64,000 nt of DNA from a bacterium. GTDB taxonomy: Bacteria; UBA8248. The translations under genes and the position numbers were made by a program. The DNA lies in the NCBI GenBank assembly GCA_965200245.1, contig CBDATS010000005.1, positions 672,001 through 736,000 of the forward strand, given 5' to 3'. Below are positions 40,630 through 48,920 of this stretch, piece by piece (positions within the stretch are counted from its first letter, which is position 1; every line of letters begins with the position of its first letter). The notes under the pieces were generated by a model. It saw only the letters and a list, made by a program, of their open reading frames with translations. It made no database searches and was not told where the DNA came from.

Positions 40630-41551
40630 GAGAACAAGCTGGCCCAGGCGCTGCCCATCTCCGAAACCACTTCCCCCATACGACGGCCCATGCGCCCAAT
40701 ACCGAGCAGATACCGCCGATAATCACCTGCATGCTCACACGCTCCTGTTTCCTGAAGAACAGCCAGGAGAAGAGGATGATGATCAGGATCGAGAGCCGGT
40801 TGATGGGAACGACCTGAATGACCTCGCCGTCCTTGATCGCCCACCAGAAGAAAAACGCGGCCAGAAAGTTGCACGTTGCCCCCAGAACCGTAATGAGGAG
40901 CGAGTGTCGCGTAAAGGGACCGCTTTTCATCTTGGTAGCCGGGAAGAGAAAGAAACTCGCGAGCAAAAGCGTGAGCGTCGTCGTGTTCGAGAACGCCATA
41001 CCCAGCGTGACAGAGGGGATGTGGACGAAGCCATATTTGCGTACGATGTGCGAAACGCTCGCAAAGGCGGCCCCCACCACGGGGATGAGGTAGTAGGCGA
41101 GCGGCACGCGTCTCTCGATCGCTTTTTTGTCATATAACAGGAGTACCCCGCCCGCCATGATGCCCAGCGTCCCTATCGCCACAAGCGGAGTGAGCCTCTC
41201 ACCCAACAGGAACACAGCCAGCCCCGAGGACCAGACGAGACCCGTCTGCGTCAGAATGGGCGTGCGCGCCAAACCTACCAACTTGATGGATATCATCCCC
41301 ATATAGCGTCCGCCCAGTCCACCGACCGCGCCCACGAGCGCGAACCACAGGATCCCGTAGATCGGCCAGTGGTCGAGACCCTCACCCATCGCGTAGAGAC
41401 CCAGCGCGAAAAGGGTGGTAATGACGGTCGCGATAACCGTCGTCACGAGTGGACTCAGGTCCATGAGCGCACCCCGGTAGAGTGTCCTAGCGACGGAGAT
41501 GAAAAACGCCGAAACAAGCGCCATCAGGTTGGGATGCAATGAATCGAACAA
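40532..41551 (-). CDS. DMT/EamA family transporter
   Basis: About 10 hydrophobic helices in two repeats (FLLGERLT, FFRKQERV); C-terminal extension overlaps the convergent gene. Confidence 0.82.
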   Translation of the reverse strand: MFDSLHPNLMALVSAFFISVARTLYRGALMDLSPLVTTVIATVITTLFALGLYAMGEGLDHWPIYGILWFALVGAVGGLGGRYMGMISIKLVGLARTPILTQTGLVWSSGLAVFLLGERLTPLVAIGTLGIMAGGVLLLYDKKAIERRVPLAYYLIPVVGAAFASVSHIVRKYGFVHIPSVTLGMAFSNTTTLTLLLASFFLFPATKMKSGPFTRHSLLITVLGATCNFLAAFFFWWAIKDGEVIQVVPINRLSILIIILFSWLFFRKQERVSMQVIIGGICSVLGAWAVVWGKWFRRWAAPGPACSLRVIPRAPIPPSSMMLAWPRAARPGRLPRVRR

Positions 41552-41646
41552 GTAGGAAACTCAGGGCAAGAGGAATACGCCATTATCCACCGGCGGCGAG
41601 AACAGGGCAAGGATCGGGCGGGAAAACGTAATGAGGGATTGCGTCT

Positions 41647-41680
41647 TAGCAGGGGCGGACACGCAGGTCCACCCCTGCTA
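41647..41680. repeat. REP-like palindrome
   Basis: TAGCAGGGGCGGAC-ACGCAG-GTCCACCCCTGCTA imperfect inverted repeat. Confidence 0.5.
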
Positions 41681-42399
41681 AACAGTGTGTTTCGCAGAAG
41701 TGGCTGCCGCCGTTCCGCTCGTAACTTGAGTGCTTCCGTTCACAGGCGCACGCATCAACCGATCAAGCGCGATCACGGCGCTCTCGGGATGCTCAGCACT
41801 ACCGAATCCACCCGCCGGGAAACCTCATACCGCGCCCGCGCCATGGAGAACTGCGCGAGCAGGACGACGTTGGCCAGAGGCTCCTCCGCCGCTGCCTGCG
41901 CAATCAGAGAATCATGCGCCTGCCCGTCGCCTGCCTGAAGTGCGTCGAGCGCGCCCGGCACGTAGGAGTAGTCAATTGTGAGGTCGGCTCCTCTTTGTTC
42001 AGGCAGCACTTCTAGTTCACGTCGCATTGAGGGGCCCGAAGGCTTGAACGTAGAGAGGATACGGATGCGACCTCCAAGCGCTAGCGACTCTTCAAGCATC
42101 GCCTGATTTGGTTTCAAGACAGGGATTGGAAACTTCGCCTGCACAACCTCAATCGCCGTTCCGAAAGCAGAGCATGAATAGAGAATCGCCTCTGCGCCAC
42201 CGCGATGCGCGAATGCCGCGAGGCTCTCCACACGCTCGTTGATTTCAGGGGTGAGATGGCTGACAGCGTTCAGGTCGCGCATCAGGGATTCGTCGATGAG
42301 TTGCACTACTTCTACTTCGGGCCAATGGCTTTCGAACGCGGCTTCTATGGGTGATACCGCGACGCGGGTCGCATGAATGATGCCGATGCGGGCGGACAT
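41678..42399 (-). pseudogene. Asp/Glu/hydantoin racemase-family protein with a frameshift near the C-terminus
   Basis: IGIIHAT, YSCSAFG, PVLKPN, LAQFSMAR; expected PESAV motif lies in a shifted frame near 41790. Confidence 0.7.
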
Positions 42400-42571
42400 G
42401 TTCCGAATAAATCCTTTCCAAAACAAAGACGTACGAAACCGATGAATCAGAACACGGGATTCTGGACGAAGCGCGGTTTCATGGTAAGGGAGGAGTAATT
42501 ACATAGTTCCCTTTCAAGTCCAGAGCCCGGAAGCCCACTGCCAAGTCATGAAGCCATGCAAATAATTCCCA

Positions 42572-43093
42572 TCAAAAATCGACCTTGTCTGCCTCATCGG
42601 TCTCCGGGAAGGGCCCTTCTTTTATTTCGATGGCCTTCGTACCCGGTTCCAGGAATTCGATGCGATGCCCCTCGTACATGAGAATCATGTCGCCAGGCGC
42701 CAAGTTCACGTCGCCCGCATGATCGCCTTCCCTGGCGTAGACCCCGATTCGCATACGGCCAGATCGGCAAATCATAATCTGGTGACGTGTCGTATTCACG
42801 GGTCGTTCCGTCACTTCGTGGTAGTGGGGGTTCACTACGGCGCCGGGGTTTCGGTTCAGCATGACGATTTGAAGCGGGTTCTCGTCCGGCGTCATGTGCG
42901 CCTTCGTTCTTCGCTCAGTTTCGGGATCGGCGCCGGAGTAGGCTTCCGCCAGATGGGCTCGCTCGGCTTCGGAATCCAGATAGGGCGGGAAGGCGGCATA
43001 ATCGTCAAAATCGTTTCTGATGACCAGCGCCAGCGTTCTCCCATCGGTGGCCTTCACATATTCGACGCCGACCGCTTCGATTTCCCGAGCCAT
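42572..43093 (-). CDS. Cupin-fold protein (WbuC/sugar-isomerase-like)
   Basis: PLQIV, PHYH, GDMILMYEGH, EIKEGPF. Confidence 0.65.
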   Translation of the reverse strand: MAREIEAVGVEYVKATDGRTLALVIRNDFDDYAAFPPYLDSEAERAHLAEAYSGADPETERRTKAHMTPDENPLQIVMLNRNPGAVVNPHYHEVTERPVNTTRHQIMICRSGRMRIGVYAREGDHAGDVNLAPGDMILMYEGHRIEFLEPGTKAIEIKEGPFPETDEADKVDF

Positions 43094-43151
43094 CCTTGTC
43101 TCCCTTATCTTCTAGTGATTTTGATGACCTTAGACACGAAACCAAATTTCC

Positions 43152-43949
43152 CTACAACCCCAGAACCTCGGCCATGCCGTAGATGCCGGGGGGGTTGTCG
43201 GCCACCCAGCGGACCGCGCGAACGGCGCCAACCGCGAAATTATCCCGGCTGCCTGCGCGGTGCGTGATTTCCACCCGCTCGCCCATGCCGAAGAAGTAGA
43301 CGGTGTGCTCGCCAGGAACGTCGCCGCCACGCAGCGTCTGCATCCCAATGACGCCTTCGGGGCGTATCCCCGTCTGGCCCTCCCGGTGAAACACCGCGTC
43401 TTCGGGATATTGCTTGCCCATCACACGGGCCAGAATCTCCCCCATGCGCACTGCCGTTCCCGAGGGGGCGTCCACCTTCTGGTTGTGGTGCACTTCCATG
43501 ACCTCTACATCATAGGCGTCGCCGAGGAGTCGGGCGGCCTCTTCTATCAGGCGAAAGGAGACGTTCACCCCCACGCTCATGTTCGGAGCGAGAACGCAGG
43601 CGATTTTGTCGCCGAAACCCGCAATTTCTTTGTGTTGCGCGTCGGAGAAGCCAGTGGTGCCGACAACGGCAGCCATTCCTTTTTCGGCAGCAATACGCAC
43701 ATGACCGACGCTGGCCCCGGGAATCGCGAAGGAAACGAGCACATCACCGCTCAGCGAGGATGGATCACTGGTGAGTTCCACACCCAATTCCCTGCAGCCT
43801 GCGTGCGCGCCCGCATCCGCACCCAAAGCTTCAAATCCTTCGCGCTCGAGAGCGCCCGAGAGGGTGAGATCGTCTGAAGAGGCGATTTGGTGGATGATGC
43901 GTCCCCCCATTCTTCCGCCGGCTCCGGCCACAACGATTCGTATCGACAC
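43152..43949 (-). CDS. dapB: 4-hydroxy-tetrahydrodipicolinate reductase
   Basis: GAGGRMG, VGTTG, APNMSVGV, EVHHNQKVDAPSGTA. Confidence 0.96.
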   Translation of the reverse strand: MSIRIVVAGAGGRMGGRIIHQIASSDDLTLSGALEREGFEALGADAGAHAGCRELGVELTSDPSSLSGDVLVSFAIPGASVGHVRIAAEKGMAAVVGTTGFSDAQHKEIAGFGDKIACVLAPNMSVGVNVSFRLIEEAARLLGDAYDVEVMEVHHNQKVDAPSGTAVRMGEILARVMGKQYPEDAVFHREGQTGIRPEGVIGMQTLRGGDVPGEHTVYFFGMGERVEITHRAGSRDNFAVGAVRAVRWVADNPPGIYGMAEVLGL

Positions 43950-44030
43950 AGGATTCCCCTCCCCTCCAGAGAAAATAAGTCTTCCATGGAGAACATAAAA
44001 AGATAATCATACGCGCTTTGGGAAGAAGTG

Positions 44031-44055
44031 GGAACCTGCGCGCGTCATAAGGGTT
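44031..44055 (+). promoter_or_regulatory. Putative ECF-sigma promoter (GGAAC-N17-GTT)
   Basis: GGAAC at 44031-44035 and GTT at 44053-44055, directly upstream of the ECF sigma gene. Confidence 0.35.
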
Positions 44056-44113
44056 GCAGGAGAAGGAAATGCCCATATTCAAACAAGATATCTGATACCA
44101 TAAGGCGGAAACG

Positions 44114-44737
44114 ATGTTCTCTCTGGCAATACTGGCATGGGGATTGGGGCTTTTGGATATCAGGCGAGAAGAACTCGATGAATCCGCCTGGGTCAAACGC
44201 TGCCAGAACGGCGACAGGGACGCTTTCGAACCCCTGTTTCGCCAAAACGTCGGAAAAATACAGCGCCTCGTGTGGGGGATGATCGGAGAACGCAAGGAAG
44301 ACACTAACGATGTCGTTCAGGAGATATTCCTGAAAGCATACTTGTCCCTGCACAATTTCCGGGGAGACGCCAAGTTCTCCACCTGGGTCTACCGAATTGC
44401 GGTTAACCATTGCCGCGATTACCTGAAGCGCGCCGCGCCACTGCCGCTGGAACTGAGTGAAGAGCATATCGTGGACGAACCGCCATCCAGAGACAAGGAA
44501 GAAGAGGATAAGCTGCGGGAGATGCAGGAAAGGCGTGCGAGCGACAAACTCCAGAAACTCCTGTCGCACCTATCGGCAAAACATCGCCATATTCTGGTAA
44601 TGCGTGAACTCGAGGGAATGAGTTACGATGAGATAGGCAAAGTGCTTGAGATCAAGCCCGGCACGGTGCGCTCGCGGCTCAATCGCGCGCGCGCCAGCCT
44701 TATGCACGTGGCCGAAAACAGCCGGGAGGATTCGTGA
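44114..44737 (+). CDS. ECF sigma-70 factor (RpoE-like); start uncertain
   Basis: GDRDAFEPL, DVVQEIFLKAY, FSTWVYRIAVN, GMSYDEIG, GTVRSRLNRAR. Confidence 0.92.
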   Translation: MFSLAILAWGLGLLDIRREELDESAWVKRCQNGDRDAFEPLFRQNVGKIQRLVWGMIGERKEDTNDVVQEIFLKAYLSLHNFRGDAKFSTWVYRIAVNHCRDYLKRAAPLPLELSEEHIVDEPPSRDKEEEDKLREMQERRASDKLQKLLSHLSAKHRHILVMRELEGMSYDEIGKVLEIKPGTVRSRLNRARASLMHVAENSREDS

Positions 44738-45216
44738 TGTACTGGTGGAAGGAGGCGTTCGACAAGCGCCGAAGGGCGCGGGACTGGGACGCTCCCCGGA
44801 CCGAAGACGAGACGGTCACGGAGTGCAAGTCCCTCTTCGAGGCTGCCCGCGAGAATGCTCCTGCGCCTGACGAAAAAATGTGGGAAAAGCTGCGTCCCCA
44901 GCTTGTCGCCCATGAAGCACAGGTCCAAGGTACTTTCTCCTTCGTCTCGGCACTGGCCACAACGGGACCGAGATTCGCCGCGGCGGTCTTGGGCGTCATG
45001 CTCATCATCGCAAGTCTTTTCTGGAGCCAAGGCGTCAGGATACAAATGCAGACCCTCGAACCCAGGGCGAGCCTGATGGTCAGTCTGGAGAGGAACCCCC
45101 TGAACCCCATTATGATGATTGGCAACGGACTCGAAGCGGAAACAGGCCAGGACTTGCTTCAATACGCTATCTACGACTCACCTGCACACTTAGGGATATT
45201 GAGACGGGAACAATGA
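44734..45216 (+). CDS. Putative single-TM anti-sigma factor
   Basis: Overlaps the sigma stop (GTGA); one TM segment (FAAAVLGVMLIIASLFW). Confidence 0.6.
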   Translation: MMYWWKEAFDKRRRARDWDAPRTEDETVTECKSLFEAARENAPAPDEKMWEKLRPQLVAHEAQVQGTFSFVSALATTGPRFAAAVLGVMLIIASLFWSQGVRIQMQTLEPRASLMVSLERNPLNPIMMIGNGLEAETGQDLLQYAIYDSPAHLGILRREQ

Positions 45217-45734
45217 GAAACTGGTTCACGAAAGAATTCATAAAGGTTTCGGCGGTGTTGCTGATTGTGTTCCTGGCAGGCGCTGGAACAGGCTACGTCG
45301 GCGGACGCAAACATGCGCATTACGAGTTCCTCCAGGCAGAGCAACGTACCATGGGAGGTCTCCATGCCAGCCAGGTACGATCCCTGAAGCACGGCACCCG
45401 CTCCTTCCGCGCCAGAGGCGAAAGACGATTCATACGACGGTTGGAACACGACTTGAACTTGAATTCTGCACAACGGGCGAACGTCGATCGTGCGCTCCAG
45501 AATCATTACGAGCGCATCCGTGAAATCAGAAGCCGGATGAGGCCCCAGATCAATTCCATCATGCAGGAAATCCGCAATGACGTGCGATCTTTCCTGGACG
45601 ACGAACAGAAAATATCTTTCGACCAAATGGTCGAAAAACACAAGAAAAGACGCGAGATGAGACGTCAACGAAGAATAGAGAGAGCCAAAAAGATACGTCC
45701 GGACACCTCGGTTTCACCGGCCATGAAACCATGA
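45213..45734 (+). CDS. Membrane-anchored periplasmic helical protein (heavy-metal sensor/LTXXQ-like)
   Basis: LLIVFLAGAGTG anchor, LNLNSAQ, FLDDEQ repeats. Confidence 0.65.
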   Translation: MRNWFTKEFIKVSAVLLIVFLAGAGTGYVGGRKHAHYEFLQAEQRTMGGLHASQVRSLKHGTRSFRARGERRFIRRLEHDLNLNSAQRANVDRALQNHYERIREIRSRMRPQINSIMQEIRNDVRSFLDDEQKISFDQMVEKHKKRREMRRQRRIERAKKIRPDTSVSPAMKP

Positions 45735-45795
45735 GTTCGTGCTCAATATGCCGCTACTCTTTGAAATACAAACGCCAAACCGGAGGAATACGAAA

Positions 45796-46416
45796 ATGAA
45801 ACGCCACATACATCGCACCCTGGCGACAATCGCCCTGGCCGCCGTATTAAGCCTCGGCCTCGTCGGTGCATCCTGGGCCGCCGAGCAAGAATCTTCCCGG
45901 GATCGAATGCCGAATTTCCCACAAATCATAGAACAGATGATGGAACAAGCGCATCTCACAGGAAACCGGCACCATCGGGGACGCCACGGAATGCACGGCC
46001 CGAGACCCTACTCGGCGCGTCCTCTGATTTCCATCGCGCTGAGGAACCAAGAAGAGCTCAAGCTCACCGATGATCAGGTGAAACGCCTCAAGGACATCAG
46101 AGACGCGTTTTCCAAGTTGTCTGTCAAACAACGCGCCGAAATGAAAACCCGCAGAATCGACATCAGACGCGCGCTCGATAACGAGAAAGTCGACCTTGCC
46201 GACGTGGAGAAGAAAATACGCGAGATTTCCACAATGCGCGCGGACTTGAGGATTGCGCGCCTCAAAGCGATTCAGGAGGGCAAATCCTTACTTAACGCCG
46301 AGCAGCAGAAGCAGTTATCTGAATTCGTCAGAAAGCACCGTGGCCGAGGACACCACCGATTCCATCACCAGATGTACCGAGGTTCCGGCTCCGGGGACAA
46401 CCCCAAGACCTACTAG
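45796..46416 (+). CDS. Spy/CpxP/ZraP-family periplasmic protein, His-rich
   Basis: GGAGG SD, signal peptide, LKLTDDQ and LLNAEQ LTxxQ motifs, His-rich segments. Confidence 0.78.
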   Translation: MKRHIHRTLATIALAAVLSLGLVGASWAAEQESSRDRMPNFPQIIEQMMEQAHLTGNRHHRGRHGMHGPRPYSARPLISIALRNQEELKLTDDQVKRLKDIRDAFSKLSVKQRAEMKTRRIDIRRALDNEKVDLADVEKKIREISTMRADLRIARLKAIQEGKSLLNAEQQKQLSEFVRKHRGRGHHRFHHQMYRGSGSGDNPKTY

Positions 46417-46428
46417 ACTTCCAGGTCC

Positions 46429-46464
46429 CCTGCGGCATGGCGTGAAAACCATGCCGCAGGTTTT
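46429..46464 (+). terminator. Rho-independent terminator
   Basis: Perfect 12-bp stem CCTGCGGCATGG/CCATGCCGCAGG, 8-nt loop, followed by TTTT. Confidence 0.7.
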
Positions 46465-46488
46465 CGGGCCCCACTCAAGGGAGCACCC

Positions 46489-46647
46489 ATGTGGATTCTG
46501 ATGTATGAGATATATGCTGGTTACGATATGCTCGACATCACCCTGGCGGGTGCCATCGTCATTGCTTCAGGACTGATATGCGCTCTTCTGAGAAAACTCT
46601 GGCAGGATGATTTTCCCTACCCAGCATCTTCAGAGGGAAAAGGGTAA
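46489..46647 (+). CDS. Putative small single-TM protein (52 aa), not in ORF track
   Basis: AAGGGAG SD; MWILMYEIYAGYDMLDITLAGAIVIASGLICALLRKLWQDDFPYPASSEGKG. Confidence 0.5.
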   Translation: MWILMYEIYAGYDMLDITLAGAIVIASGLICALLRKLWQDDFPYPASSEGKG

Positions 46648-46660
46648 TGCCGTCTCCGAT

Positions 46661-47485
46661 TTACAGCAATGCCTCTTCCGTCATTTCCCCCTTGTAGACC
46701 AGCTTGGTTGCCCCTTCCATGTAGACATCGTGCGCTTGACTGCCGACACCCTCGAAGTAGATTTTGAGTATCTCGCCACTGCGCACGTTCACGTCCACTG
46801 GAGCACTCACCAGACCACGCGTGGCAGCGAGAATCGCCGTCGCCACGGCACCCGTGCCGCAAGCGAGTGTTTCGTTCTCGACACCCCGCTCATAGGTTCT
46901 TAGAATCACGGAACTCTCCCCGCTTATCTGCGCGAAATTCGCGTTCGCACCCGCAGGCGCAAACGCATCGTGGGTGCGGACAGCCCGACCATCGCCCACG
47001 ATGTCGACAGCCTCCACGTCGTCCATGAACTCCACCGCGTGGGGGACACCGGTATTGAGGTGATCGACCACAATTTCCCTTCCGTTTATGTCGAGCCGAA
47101 TGTCTGAGCGAAAATCGAAGGGCTGCGTCATTCGCAGCTTCACTGTCGAATCGTTCATCGTCGCATCGATAACGCCCGCGATGGTCTCGAACGAGACCGA
47201 ATCCGTGGCGATGCCCAACTCCCTCGCGAACCGCGCGGCGCAGCGTCCACCGTTTCCGCACATCTCGCCCTCGGAGCCGTCGGCATTGAAGAAGCGCCAT
47301 TTGAAATCGGCTCGTTCGCTTGGTTCAATGAACATCAGTCCGTCTGCGCCTACAGACTGGCCCCTGCGGCAAACCCGCCGGACGAAATCGATCATTTCAT
47401 CAGCGCGGTGCTTGAGACTCCTGTTGTCGATGAAAATGAAGTCGTTGCCACTTCCACTGAACTTGGTGAATTCGATTCTGCTCAA
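46661..47485 (-). CDS. dapF: Diaminopimelate epimerase
   Basis: GSGNDF, EMCGNGGRC, TGVPH, RTYERGVENETLACGTG. Confidence 0.96.
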   Translation of the reverse strand: MSRIEFTKFSGSGNDFIFIDNRSLKHRADEMIDFVRRVCRRGQSVGADGLMFIEPSERADFKWRFFNADGSEGEMCGNGGRCAARFARELGIATDSVSFETIAGVIDATMNDSTVKLRMTQPFDFRSDIRLDINGREIVVDHLNTGVPHAVEFMDDVEAVDIVGDGRAVRTHDAFAPAGANANFAQISGESSVILRTYERGVENETLACGTGAVATAILAATRGLVSAPVDVNVRSGEILKIYFEGVGSQAHDVYMEGATKLVYKGEMTEEALL

Positions 47486-48759
47486 TGTATCTGCCTCTCT
47501 CCGATGAATGCGGGAATATGTTCGCCGCGAACGAGATCGTCATACGTCTCGCGTTCCCTGATTATATGATACTCCTCCCCGCGCACAAGAATTTCGGGGG
47601 GTCTGGGGCGCGAGTTGTAATTCGACGCCATGGTGAAGCCATACGCACCCGAACTCATGATGGCCACCAGGTCGTCACGGTAAAATTCGGGTAAATCCCG
47701 GTCCTTGGCAAGGTAGTCTCCACTCTCGCAGACGGGGCCCACGAGGTCGGTCAGATGCTTCGTCCTGCTCCGCACCGCTTCCTCGACAGGCCACACGTCC
47801 TGGAAGGCCTGATAGAGGCTGGGACGGATCAAGTCATTCATGCCAGCGTCTATGATCACGAAGCGCTTGTCCGGATTATTCTTCCCATACAGTACGCGCG
47901 TGACAAGAATGCCTGCATTACCCGTGATGACGCGACCCGGCTCGAAAATGAGCGTACACCCCAAACCCTTGAGCTTCGGCAGTATGGCCGCCGCATAGTC
48001 TTTCGGTAACGGCGGTGCCTCGTCGTGATAGGTGATGCCCAGTCCACCGCCCAGGTTTAGATACCGGATGTCGTGCCCGTCTGCGCGCAACTCGCTCACC
48101 AAGCGCGCTACGATTTCCACCGCATCGGCGAACGGGGCACTCGAGGTGATCTGACTTCCGATATGGCAATGTACACCGGAGGGTTCGATCCCCTCGAGTT
48201 TTGCTGCTGTCTGGTACTGTTCCCGCGCTCGATTGATGTCGATGCCGAACTTGCTCTTCTTGAGTCCTGTGGTGATGTAGGGGTGGGTCTGGGGGTCGAC
48301 ATCGGGGTTTACCCGAATCGCGACATTCGCCCGCTTGCCCATGCGGCTCGCCACGGAGCCGATGTTCACCAGTTCCTCTTCGCTCTCTACGTTGAAAAGC
48401 AAGACACATTTCTCAAGCGCAAAGGCGATTTCCTCATCCGACTTGCCGACACCTGCGAATACAATGCGGTTTGCGGGGAGGCCTGCCTTGACCGCGCGGA
48501 ACAATTCACCTCCCGAAACGATGTCCAGCCCTCCGCCCATCACACCGAAGAGCCTGAGTATCGCCAGGTTCGAGTTGCTCTTCATAGCGAAACAGATGAG
48601 GTGCGGAACGGACGCGAACGCCTCGTCGAAGACCCGGAAATGACGCGAGAGCGTTTCGTGGCTATAGACGTAGAAAGGCGTCCCCACCTCTTCCGCCAGC
48701 TGCGTCAAGGAAACATTTTCGGCGCACAACTGCCCGTCCTTGTATTCGAAATGGTGCAT
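47482..48759 (-). CDS. lysA: Diaminopimelate decarboxylase
   Basis: FAMKSN, HCHIGSQ, GGGLG, EPGR, GPVCESGD, GAYG. Confidence 0.96.
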   Translation of the reverse strand: MHHFEYKDGQLCAENVSLTQLAEEVGTPFYVYSHETLSRHFRVFDEAFASVPHLICFAMKSNSNLAILRLFGVMGGGLDIVSGGELFRAVKAGLPANRIVFAGVGKSDEEIAFALEKCVLLFNVESEEELVNIGSVASRMGKRANVAIRVNPDVDPQTHPYITTGLKKSKFGIDINRAREQYQTAAKLEGIEPSGVHCHIGSQITSSAPFADAVEIVARLVSELRADGHDIRYLNLGGGLGITYHDEAPPLPKDYAAAILPKLKGLGCTLIFEPGRVITGNAGILVTRVLYGKNNPDKRFVIIDAGMNDLIRPSLYQAFQDVWPVEEAVRSRTKHLTDLVGPVCESGDYLAKDRDLPEFYRDDLVAIMSSGAYGFTMASNYNSRPRPPEILVRGEEYHIIRERETYDDLVRGEHIPAFIGERQIH

Positions 48760-48799
48760 TCTGAAAGCTCTCTTTCCGAGTCCGGCAAACCTCAAGTTC

Positions 48800-48916
48800 T
48801 CACGAACCCGAAGCGACCGGACTCCTGGGTGGTTTCGGCGGTCCCTTGACGCCACAACCCACGGCCATGCAGGTTATCCCGACAACCAAGACGCCCGCCA
48901 GTAATATTCTTTTCAT
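48800..48916 (-). CDS. Small lipoprotein (YifL/LptM/LppL-like)
   Basis: MKR + hydrophobic stretch + lipobox AVGC followed by GVKGPP; located between argH and lysA. Confidence 0.75.
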   Translation of the reverse strand: MKRILLAGVLVVGITCMAVGCGVKGPPKPPRSPVASGS

Positions 48917-48920
48917 GATC

